A stretch of 23,390 nt of DNA from an uncultured Dehalococcoidia bacterium (GTDB lineage: Bacteria; Chloroflexota; Dehalococcoidia; Lucifugimonadales; UBA3495). Positions 1-7,057 of this stretch are shown piece by piece; positions within the stretch are counted from its first letter, which is position 1; the number at the start of each line of letters is the position of its first letter. The translations under genes were made by a program, and so were the position numbers. The DNA lies in NCBI GenBank assembly GCA_950072105.1, contig CATMOE010000055.1:1-23390 (forward strand). The letters are read 5' to 3'. The notes under the pieces were generated by a model, which had not been told where the DNA came from, did no database searches, and was given only the letters and a program-made list of their open reading frames with translations.

Positions 1-1
1 G

Positions 2-337
2 GAAGTCAACGAGATGATCGAAGCCTGGACGACCCAGCGAACCAAGTTCGAGGTCATGAATTTGATGGGGGCTGCCGGGGTTCCCGCCGGAGCCACCATG
101 AACGCCGTGGACCTCCACCAGGACGAGCACTTGCGCCAGCGGGGAATGATTACTGAAGTGGAGCACCAGAAGAGAGGGACCCTCAATTTGCCGGGGTCTC
201 CGATCAAGTTGTCCGAATCGCCCGTCGAGGTGACCACATCGCCGCTTCTTGGAGAGCATAACGCCGAGGTTTACCGAGATTTCTTCGGCTATGGAGAAGA
301 GGAACTGGCCCGACTGAAGGAGGAGGAAGTAATTTAA
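2..337 (+). CDS. Class III CoA-transferase (CaiB/BaiF; formyl-CoA transferase Frc-like), 3' part only
   Basis: The frame is open from the window edge (EVNEMIEAWT...). The C-terminal sequence IEAWT..TKFEVM...GVPAG...D.HL..RGMI.EVEH..RG....PGSPIKLS......SPLLGEHN is typical of Frc/CaiB C-termini. It lies directly upstream of a ThDP lyase. The ORF-track start at 14 is internal. Confidence 0.88.
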   Translation, partial: EVNEMIEAWTTQRTKFEVMNLMGAAGVPAGATMNAVDLHQDEHLRQRGMITEVEHQKRGTLNLPGSPIKLSESPVEVTTSPLLGEHNAEVYRDFFGYGEEELARLKEEEVI

Positions 338-354
338 TAAGCTCCCCCGAAGGT

Positions 355-363
355 TGCTATAAT
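355..363 (+). promoter_or_regulatory. Extended -10 promoter element (TGcTATAAT) upstream of the ThDP enzyme gene
   Basis: Perfect TGnTATAAT in intergenic DNA, oriented toward the CDS at 596. Confidence 0.5.
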
Positions 364-407
364 CTTTCGGGCAGCCGGATCGGGACCGTTGCAGGCGTCC
401 AAGGCAT

Positions 408-440
408 CTATGGGCGGGCCGCAAGGTAAGCCCGCCCTAC
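408..440. repeat. Degenerate GTAG/CTAC-type REP-like palindrome
   Basis: ctatGGGCGGGC-cgcaaggtaa-GCCCGCCCtac: an 8-bp stem ending in the CTAC motif of GTAG-family REPs. Confidence 0.45.
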
Positions 441-595
441 CCGGAATCTTGAATATTCGAATTGGTTGCGCTCATTCGTCCAAGACTCTGTCACCTTTTG
501 ATCTGGTCCCTGCGATCAGTGATGGTCGAAGGCGCGATTCTTTTGCCAGGGGTTGGCGAAACGTAAAGCTTTGCAAAACAATCTAGGGAGGCAGA

Positions 596-2260
596 ATGGC
601 AGAAATAGACGGTGGACATCTCTTCGCTAAAGCCCTAAAGCATGAGGGGGTTGAATACGTATTCACCCTGAACGGTGGGCATATATACAACCTTTACGAA
701 GGTTGTGTGGATGAAGGCATCAAGGTGATTGACTTCCGCCATGAACAAGTGGCGGGTCACGCGGCGGAAGGTTGGGCTAAAGTAACCCGCAAGCCTGGCG
801 TGGCTATTGTTACCGCCGGCCCCGGCGTTACCGACGCCGTCACCGCGCTGGCCAACGCTTTTCAGGCCCCCAGTCCAATGATCCTTATCGGGGGAAACGC
901 GGCTATAGGGGAACACCTCAAGGGCGGTCTCCAGGACTTCGACAGCGTAACGTTCATGAAGCCTATCGCCAAGTTCTCCGAGCAAGTGAAGCGGGTCGAG
1001 CGGATCCCCGAATACGTTGCTGAAGCTTTCCGCCAGGCAACTTCCGGCATCCCCGGTCCCGCCTATCTGGAGATTCCTATAGATGTGGTCAACGGCACGT
1101 GTGAAGAGGATGACGTTCGTTATCCCCAAAGATACCGGACAGAGGCCAAGGCTTATGGAGACCCGGAATACATCTCCAAAGTCGTGGATATCCTCAAGAC
1201 CACTGAACGGCCCATGATTCTGGCCGGGTCCGACGTATGGTGGAGCGACGCTGCGGAGGAACTGCGCGAGTTCGTGGAGATGATTGACTCTCCGGTGTTC
1301 CTGAACGCCATGGGACGCGGTAGCATCCCTGCCGACCACCCCAACCTGGGCAGCCTCGGCCGCCGTTATGGGCTGGTAAAGTCGGACACGGTGATGCTCA
1401 TCGGCACTCCCATCGACTTCAGGTTGGGGTACGGCTCGGAGCACATGTTCCCCCAGAACCCAAAGTTGATTGAGATCATGATGGACGCTACCGAGATCGG
1501 TAAGAACCGGGACGTGGACGTGGGAGTGGTTGGCGATACTAAAGCCGTTCTGCGTCAGATCATGGACCAACTCCAAAGCACCGGCTATAAATCACCGGGT
1601 AAGGCCTGGGTCGAAGATGTGATAACCGAGGACCAGGTTCTGAAAGCGGCCGACGAAGAGATGTTGAACAGCACCCAGATCCCTATCCATCCCATGAGAG
1701 TGATGAAAGAGTTGCGGGACTTCCTGGACTACGACGCCACGGTCATCGGTGATGGGGGTGACTGGGTCACCTTCGCCGCTAGAGTGCTTGGCATCAATCT
1801 GCCCGGACATTGGCTGGATCCGGGTAGCTTCGGCTGTTTGGGAGCCGGCAGCGGATTCGCCGCCGCGGCCCAATTGGCCCGGCCCGGCAAGCAGGTGTGC
1901 ATCGTTTACGGAGACGGCGCCTTTGGGCTAACCGGTTTCGACGTGGAGAGCTACGTCCGCTTCGATCTGCCCATCGTCTCTATCTTGGGTAACAACGGGG
2001 CCTGGAACCAAACCACTCAGGGGACCCTGCGCCGGGGCGCCCGCGCCATCGGCACCTACCTGTCCCAGGACACCGATTACGCCAAGATCATGGAAGGGAT
2101 GGGCGGACATAGCGAACGGGTCACTGACCCGGAGCAGATCCGTCCGGCTCTTGAGCGCGCGTTTGCCTCGGGCAAGGCCGCGTTGCTGGACATAGTTACC
2201 GACCAAAACGTTTCCTACGGGAACATGGGAGGCCGCTCCAGGCAAACGCGGCAATATTAA
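596..2260 (+). CDS. Thiamine diphosphate-dependent enzyme, 2-hydroxyacyl-CoA lyase / oxalyl-CoA decarboxylase / ILVBL-like
   Basis: Motifs GGHI, DFRHEQ (cofactor-activating Glu), VTAGPG, LQD, WLDPGSFGCLG and the ThDP-binding GDGAFG...NN. RBS GGGAGG lies before the ATG. It is flanked by CoA-transferases. Confidence 0.9.
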   Translation: MAEIDGGHLFAKALKHEGVEYVFTLNGGHIYNLYEGCVDEGIKVIDFRHEQVAGHAAEGWAKVTRKPGVAIVTAGPGVTDAVTALANAFQAPSPMILIGGNAAIGEHLKGGLQDFDSVTFMKPIAKFSEQVKRVERIPEYVAEAFRQATSGIPGPAYLEIPIDVVNGTCEEDDVRYPQRYRTEAKAYGDPEYISKVVDILKTTERPMILAGSDVWWSDAAEELREFVEMIDSPVFLNAMGRGSIPADHPNLGSLGRRYGLVKSDTVMLIGTPIDFRLGYGSEHMFPQNPKLIEIMMDATEIGKNRDVDVGVVGDTKAVLRQIMDQLQSTGYKSPGKAWVEDVITEDQVLKAADEEMLNSTQIPIHPMRVMKELRDFLDYDATVIGDGGDWVTFAARVLGINLPGHWLDPGSFGCLGAGSGFAAAAQLARPGKQVCIVYGDGAFGLTGFDVESYVRFDLPIVSILGNNGAWNQTTQGTLRRGARAIGTYLSQDTDYAKIMEGMGGHSERVTDPEQIRPALERAFASGKAALLDIVTDQNVSYGNMGGRSRQTRQY

Positions 2261-2284
2261 CCGTCTAACCGAGCATCCAACAAT

Positions 2285-2350
2285 GTGGTTCGACTAGCTC
2301 GACACGAACGGTCCTTCAGCAGAAGGACCGCTCATCCTGAGCCTGTCGAA
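2285..2350. repeat. TTCGAC-x-AGCTC-type REP-like doublet forming a long hairpin
   Basis: gtggTTCGACtaGCTC...gaaCGGTCCTTC-agca-GAAGGACCGctc...GAGCctGTCGAA. The inner 9-bp stem is perfect (2309-2330) and the outer arms are complementary. A related sequence occurs at 8281-8298. Confidence 0.65.
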
Positions 2351-2417
2351 GAGCCGGGGCTTCTAGCCTCCGAGGCATACGGATAACAACTCATCGTTTA
2401 TAAAAAGGTGAAACAGC

Positions 2418-3350
2418 ATGGCTGGTGACATGCGCATCGTTATGATTGGCCAGGAAGCCTTCGGCGGTAAAGTCCTGGAGGCTCTTACCGAGCAGGGTGA
2501 AAACGTTGTGGGGGTCTTCGTGCCTCCCGACCGGGAAGGACGGCCCCTGGATCCGCTAAAAGTGGCAGCCCAGGAGCGCGATATACCGGTATTGCAATTC
2601 CGCCGAATGCGTGCCCAAGAAGCGATCGACGCGTTCAACGCATTGAAGGCGGACTTGGGCGTGATGGCCTTCGTCACCGACATAGTACCGGACGAGATAT
2701 TAGAAGCCCCCACCAGGGGCACCATCCAATACCACCCGTCATTGTTGCCCAAGCACCGTGGACCCAGCTCCATCAACTGGCCGATCATCCAGGGTGAATC
2801 GGAAACTGGGCTGACTATTTTTTGGCCCGACAAGGGACTGGATACTGGCCCGGTTCTGTTGCAAAAAACCATTGAGATCGGACCCGACGAGACTCTAGGA
2901 TCGGTATATTTCGACAAACTCTTCCCCATGGGCGTTGCGGCCTTGGCCGAGGCGGTGGAGATGGTTTCCGGCGGAAACGCGCCCAAATTAGTGCAGGACG
3001 AGTCTAACGCAACTTACGAAGGGTGGTGCCGGGCCGCCGACGTTTCCATAGATTGGAACAGCCCGGCCAGCGAGATTTACAATCTGATCCGCGGCAGCGA
3101 TCCGAGCCCCGGAGCCACCACCACCATCAATGGGGAATCGATCCAGTTTTTCCGAACGTCCATCCGCCCCGGCGCCAGCGGCAAACAACCCGGTGAAGTT
3201 ATCGAAGTTGCTGATGACGGGTTCTCGGTGGCCTCCCAGGGCGGCGCATTGTTCGTCCAAAGGGTCCAGCCCGCCGGCTCCAGGAAAGTCATGGCTCCGG
3301 AATGGATACAAGCCGTGGGACTAAAAGCGGGCGCCCGTTTCGGGACCTAG
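2418..3350 (+). CDS. Formyltransferase family protein (Fmt-like fold; closest in motif pattern to the ALDH1L1/FDH N-terminal formyltransferase/hydrolase domain)
   Basis: Motifs IGQEAFG, VVGVF, TIQYHPSLLPKHRGPSSINW, GLTIFWPDKGLDTGPVLLQ, LFPMG, ATYEG and IRG.DP.PGA. The catalytic His and Asp are present, but the Asn of the Fmt/PurN N-x-H motif is replaced (Q-Y-H). Confidence 0.88.
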   Translation: MAGDMRIVMIGQEAFGGKVLEALTEQGENVVGVFVPPDREGRPLDPLKVAAQERDIPVLQFRRMRAQEAIDAFNALKADLGVMAFVTDIVPDEILEAPTRGTIQYHPSLLPKHRGPSSINWPIIQGESETGLTIFWPDKGLDTGPVLLQKTIEIGPDETLGSVYFDKLFPMGVAALAEAVEMVSGGNAPKLVQDESNATYEGWCRAADVSIDWNSPASEIYNLIRGSDPSPGATTTINGESIQFFRTSIRPGASGKQPGEVIEVADDGFSVASQGGALFVQRVQPAGSRKVMAPEWIQAVGLKAGARFGT

Positions 3351-3412
3351 ACTATCTTCGGTCCCAGTCAGGAAAGTAGAAAGATATTGGCCGATAGGTT
3401 CCCTCGTAAGGT

Positions 3413-3440
3413 GTAGGGGCACGTCCAACCCTGCCCCGAT
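3413..3440. repeat. Degenerate GTAG-type REP
   Basis: GTAGGGGCA-cgtccaaccc-TGCCCCgat: same family as the perfect copy at 4948-4975. Confidence 0.5.
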
Positions 3441-3471
3441 AGGTTTTGATCTCACCGATACCCGCCAGGTC

Positions 3472-3480
3472 TGGTATAGT
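3472..3480 (+). promoter_or_regulatory. Putative extended -10 (TGgTATAGT) for the zinc-ribbon CoA-transferase
   Basis: TGnTATAgT about 70 nt upstream of ATG 3550. Confidence 0.35.
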
Positions 3481-3549
3481 TGTTTGAGTTGATTCCATGT
3501 CCCGGCATTTGCCGCCGATTCGATTTTATTCCGTAGGGTTAGGCCTTTC

Positions 3550-4872
3550 ATGAAGTGTGCGCGCTGTGAACGAGAAAACCGGGAAGACGCCAAATTCTGT
3601 GACGCTTGCGGGTCCCGTCTATCCTCCAACTCCAATGGGAGTAACGGCCTTAGCGGTATAACCGGCCCTCTGGACGGCATCCGCGTCGTTGACTGGACCA
3701 TGTGGCAGTTCGGTCCGGTTTCCACCATGATGCTGGCCGACTTGGGCGCCGAGGTTATCAAGGTGGAGTCCTTGGATGGCGACCTGGGACGGCAATTCAA
3801 CCGGGTGGCCGGCGCGTCGTCGGTGCTGCCTGGGGGCATCAACTCCTATTTTGAGGTATTGAACCGTCAGAAGAAGAGCATAGCCATAGACTTGAAAAAC
3901 CCCAAAGGTCTTGAGGTTATGCACAAACTGGTGGCCAAATCCGACGTGTTCGTCGAAAACTTCCGCAACGGCGTGGCCGAGCGGCTTGGCCTGGGGTACG
4001 ACGATCTGGTGAAACACAATCCGATGATTGTATACGGGGCGGCTACCGGCTATGGTGCCCAAGGACCGGATGCCAACAAACCTGCCTTCGCCTTGACCGG
4101 CGAGTCCAGGTCAGGATCCCTCTTTTGGGCAGGTCCCGATGATGGTATCCCCTACAGTGTTGGCGGCATGGCCGACCAGATCGCGGGAATCATGCTCTCC
4201 TATGGCGTCCTGGGCGGGTTGGTCGCCAGAGAGAGATTGGGCTTTGGGCAGAAGGTAGATGCGTCTCACCTGGGCAGCGTGATGTGGCTGGGCGGCATGC
4301 GCTACGGCATGGCGCTGGTCACCAAGAATGCCCCTGCCCGAATCGATCGTAGTATGGCCCGGAACCCTCTATGGAATTACTACCAGTGCGAGGACGGCAA
4401 GTGGATCGCCTTTTCCATGAACCAGAGCGACCGCTACTGGCCGTTCATCTGTAAAGCCATCGACCGGACTGACCTGCTGGAAGACGAGCGATTCGGTTCG
4501 ATGGACAGCCGCACCGAATACCGGAAAGAGCTGGTTGCAGTTCTAGACGAGATCTTCATCACCAGAGCGCGGGAGGAGTGGGCCGAGCTGTTCACCGGCA
4601 ATGAAGACATCATTTGGGAACGGGTTCAGGATGTGTTCGACCTGCCCAGCGATCCTCAAGTGATCGCAAACAACTACATCATCGACTTCGACCACCCGGT
4701 AGTGGGTCCATCCAAGTGGCTGCAAACACCCCTGGGCTATAACAAGACACCATTGTCGACCAGGAAGATGGCTCCGGCTCATGGGGAGAATACCGAGGAG
4801 ATCCTCATCGAAACCTTGGGCTATACCTGGGACGACATCGCCACGTTGCAGAATGAGGGAGTTATTCTATAA
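3550..4872 (+). CDS. CaiB/BaiF class III CoA-transferase with N-terminal zinc ribbon
   Basis: N-terminal C-x2-C-x10-C-x2-C (CARC...FCDACG) and a Ser/Asn/Gly linker. The core has GPLDGIRVVD, LADLGAEVIKVE, NRQKKSIAIDLK, DVFVENFR, GMAD (catalytic Asp position) and APAHGENT. Confidence 0.92.
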   Translation: MKCARCERENREDAKFCDACGSRLSSNSNGSNGLSGITGPLDGIRVVDWTMWQFGPVSTMMLADLGAEVIKVESLDGDLGRQFNRVAGASSVLPGGINSYFEVLNRQKKSIAIDLKNPKGLEVMHKLVAKSDVFVENFRNGVAERLGLGYDDLVKHNPMIVYGAATGYGAQGPDANKPAFALTGESRSGSLFWAGPDDGIPYSVGGMADQIAGIMLSYGVLGGLVARERLGFGQKVDASHLGSVMWLGGMRYGMALVTKNAPARIDRSMARNPLWNYYQCEDGKWIAFSMNQSDRYWPFICKAIDRTDLLEDERFGSMDSRTEYRKELVAVLDEIFITRAREEWAELFTGNEDIIWERVQDVFDLPSDPQVIANNYIIDFDHPVVGPSKWLQTPLGYNKTPLSTRKMAPAHGENTEEILIETLGYTWDDIATLQNEGVIL

Positions 4873-4947
4873 GGGGTTCTCTACCGGCCCAGCGTGGGTT
4901 GGGCATTAAGAGGAATTGCAAACAGGCAATGATTGTCGCATTTATGG

Positions 4948-4975
4948 GTAGGGGCGCACGGCCGTGCGCCCCTAC
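4948..4975. repeat. Perfect 28-bp GTAG-type REP palindrome
   Basis: GTAGGGGCGCACGGCCGTGCGCCCCTAC is its own reverse complement. It lies between convergent genes, 5 nt past the stop of the minus-strand CDS. Confidence 0.85.
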
Positions 4976-4980
4976 GACGT

Positions 4981-5904
4981 TTAAGAGACCTTCGCAAACA
5001 CGTCTTCCACGTCCACCCAATCCGGAATCACCTTCTGGTCCACGTTGAAGTTGATGAAGGTCTCCAGGGTTTTCCGGGAGCTATCCAGGCCGAAGGGTAT
5101 TGGGTCGTCGCCGACGATGTTAGCCATCTTCAGCAGTGCTTGGTCGACAGGGCTCTTGTCTCCGGAAGAGTGGAGGATCTCTAGGTAAGGTTTCTTGGCG
5201 GCTTGGAACAGTGAGAACAGTTCCCCGGCCAGCCATGGCTTGCTCTCCAGATGGTCGTTCTTGGCCACCAGCATATGGCTTATCGGGTAGAGACCAGTGC
5301 TGTTGAACCAATCCGCGTCGGCTCCATCGGGGTCCGAGAAGAGGTGTTTGATGTCCGGGGAATCGGAGACCCCCGCTCCGATAGCGGCGTCGATCTCTCC
5401 GGACAGAAGCATGGCGTTCAGGTCGCCGTTGGGTGAGGACACAACGTTGGAAGGGGCCACGAATTCGGCCACGTGCTCGTCCCCTGACAAAACCCATGTT
5501 ACCGAGTTCAGGTCCAACCCGTAGACGGTCTGCAACAACCCTCTGGTCCACACTCCGGGGGTCACGGTGTAACCGCGCACTCCAATCTTGCGCCCCGCCA
5601 AGTCTTCCGGCGACTTTATCCCCGACTTTTGGTTGTAGGTGATGCCGCCGTGGTAGAAGCTGCGGGTCAGGAAGATGGGGATCCCCGTGAAGGCTTTTCC
5701 ATGGGCCCTGGCGCATAGGTAGGTGGAAAGGGCCATCTCGCACACGTCGAACTCCAGCCCCCGAACCATGCGGCGGAATATGCTGGTGACCGGAGAGACG
5801 TCGATGTGTTCCATATCGAACTTATCGGAAGTGGCGGTGCCGTCCTTCAGACCCTTGGTGTGGCCGTAGTCGCCGATGGCGGTGCGCATTACCAGATCAG
5901 CCAT
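4981..5904 (-). CDS. Periplasmic-binding-fold protein of the 4,5-dihydroxyphthalate decarboxylase (Pht5/OphC) / NMT1-like family
   Basis: Motifs F.RMV...EFDVCEMALSTYL, IPIFLTRSFYH, GIKSPEDLAGRKIGVRGYTVT.GVW.RG.L, ML.SGEIDAAI, TG.YPISH and PFG. No signal peptide or lipobox. RBS AGGAGAG on the minus strand. Confidence 0.8.
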   Translation of the reverse strand: MADLVMRTAIGDYGHTKGLKDGTATSDKFDMEHIDVSPVTSIFRRMVRGLEFDVCEMALSTYLCARAHGKAFTGIPIFLTRSFYHGGITYNQKSGIKSPEDLAGRKIGVRGYTVTPGVWTRGLLQTVYGLDLNSVTWVLSGDEHVAEFVAPSNVVSSPNGDLNAMLLSGEIDAAIGAGVSDSPDIKHLFSDPDGADADWFNSTGLYPISHMLVAKNDHLESKPWLAGELFSLFQAAKKPYLEILHSSGDKSPVDQALLKMANIVGDDPIPFGLDSSRKTLETFINFNVDQKVIPDWVDVEDVFAKVS

Positions 5905-6021
5905 TAGATTCTCTCCTAAATTTCAGGTACTTCATGGGCCATTGCCCTGAGAAATAGTATCTTATCATTGGGAAGATGGACATCACATGTTAGTGGGCCA
6001 CCTCAACGAACCGGGGGCAAG

Positions 6022-6050
6022 TTGACCCGTTAATGCCGCCGTCATATAGT
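6022..6050 (+). promoter_or_regulatory. Sigma70-type promoter for the APH-family gene
   Basis: TTGACC-N17-TATAGT. Confidence 0.55.
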
Positions 6051-6086
6051 TCATCGTAGCCCGCAGTACCGCACCAGAGAGAAACA

Positions 6087-7013
6087 ATGCTTCCGAGTGA
6101 CATTTACAGCCAGCCCAGTGCCGATGATCCCGTGCTGGATGTAGGGACGGTGCTTAACATTGCGCGCCGGCATGTCCCGAGTTGCACCGCCGTTACCGGG
6201 ATCGATGAGTCTGGCGGAGAGGCCCGGGTTTATAACATCGACGACGATATTATCGTCAAAGTCCAGAGGCCTCATCAGCTTCGAGCCCGTACCAGTTTGG
6301 AAAAAGAGGCATTTTTCTTGGACCAGCTAGCTGCTTACCCGGAGATCGTGGTACCACGAGTGTTGGGTTACGGTAGACAGGATATCTTTGAATACACCGT
6401 GATGACGCGGATGCCCGGAGTCGCTGCACTGACCGTCGAGCTAAATGGAACAGTAAGGATGGACGTGTTGCGTCAGTTGGGTAGGACTCTGCGGAGCATC
6501 CACTCGATTCCCCAGGAGCCATTCTTCAAGAACTCACTGTTTCTAGGGAGCCGGAACCGCGAGCAGTTTAACGAGCTTGTCCAAGCCGGCTTGGCGGACT
6601 CGGTACGGATCATAGATGACAACCCAGACCTCTGGGTTTCGGATGTCTCACCGGCGGAGGTTGCGTCGAGGGTTGCTACATCCATCGCTGAATCAGTTGA
6701 TTTGGTTGCCTTGCACTCGAATCCAGGACCAGTGCATACCTTCGTCCAGCCCGATACGCTGGAATTCGTAGGCCTTATCGACTTCGGTGACGCGTATATC
6801 AGTCATCCGGGGCTCGATTGGCGTTGGCCAACCCACGAGGACCGTTTAGCCATTCTTCGAGGATACTGTGACGACGAACCGGTAACCGACGAGTTTAAGT
6901 TGGTCTGGCGTTCAGCCCTCATCCTGAGTGATATGGCGGCGCTGGCGACAAGGCCGGACCGGAGGTCTCAGGCGCAGGAGGGCTTGCGCAGCCTGCTCAT
7001 GACCTTCGAGTGA
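6087..7013 (+). CDS. Aminoglycoside phosphotransferase / choline kinase-fold protein (atypical catalytic loop)
   Basis: Gly-rich SGGEARVY, IIVK, E in helix C (KEAFFL), VPRVLG, VMTRMPG, L..IHSI and IDFGDA. The Brenner motif reads LHSNPGPVH instead of HGDxxxxN. Confidence 0.8.
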   Translation: MLPSDIYSQPSADDPVLDVGTVLNIARRHVPSCTAVTGIDESGGEARVYNIDDDIIVKVQRPHQLRARTSLEKEAFFLDQLAAYPEIVVPRVLGYGRQDIFEYTVMTRMPGVAALTVELNGTVRMDVLRQLGRTLRSIHSIPQEPFFKNSLFLGSRNREQFNELVQAGLADSVRIIDDNPDLWVSDVSPAEVASRVATSIAESVDLVALHSNPGPVHTFVQPDTLEFVGLIDFGDAYISHPGLDWRWPTHEDRLAILRGYCDDEPVTDEFKLVWRSALILSDMAALATRPDRRSQAQEGLRSLLMTFE

Positions 7014-7057
7014 ACCGATTGAGGCGACCCCCCGCTTAGAAGCCATCCAGCCGTTGC

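Noticed and set aside
371..445. Resemblance to a group II intron 3' end (AGCCGGAT...; hairpin ending CCCTACCC)
   Set aside because: A proper domain V helix cannot be formed, and there are no upstream intron domains or RT.
389..586. 65-aa ORF in the leader of the ThDP gene
   Set aside because: TTG start without a convincing RBS, runs through a REP-like palindrome and has no recognisable motif.
2418..3350. Calling the formyltransferase fmt
   Set aside because: It lacks the Fmt MGTP.F start and N-x-H motif, has no def neighbour, and its motif pattern is ALDH1L1-like.
5936..5985. Possible TPP riboswitch (CTGAGAAATA)
   Set aside because: It lacks the P4/P5 CCTGA...TAAT/GCG elements and lies upstream of the predicted promoter of an unrelated kinase-fold gene.
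6087..7013. Antibiotic resistance gene
   Set aside because: Only fold-level similarity to APH, the catalytic Asp is absent, and there is no mobile context.
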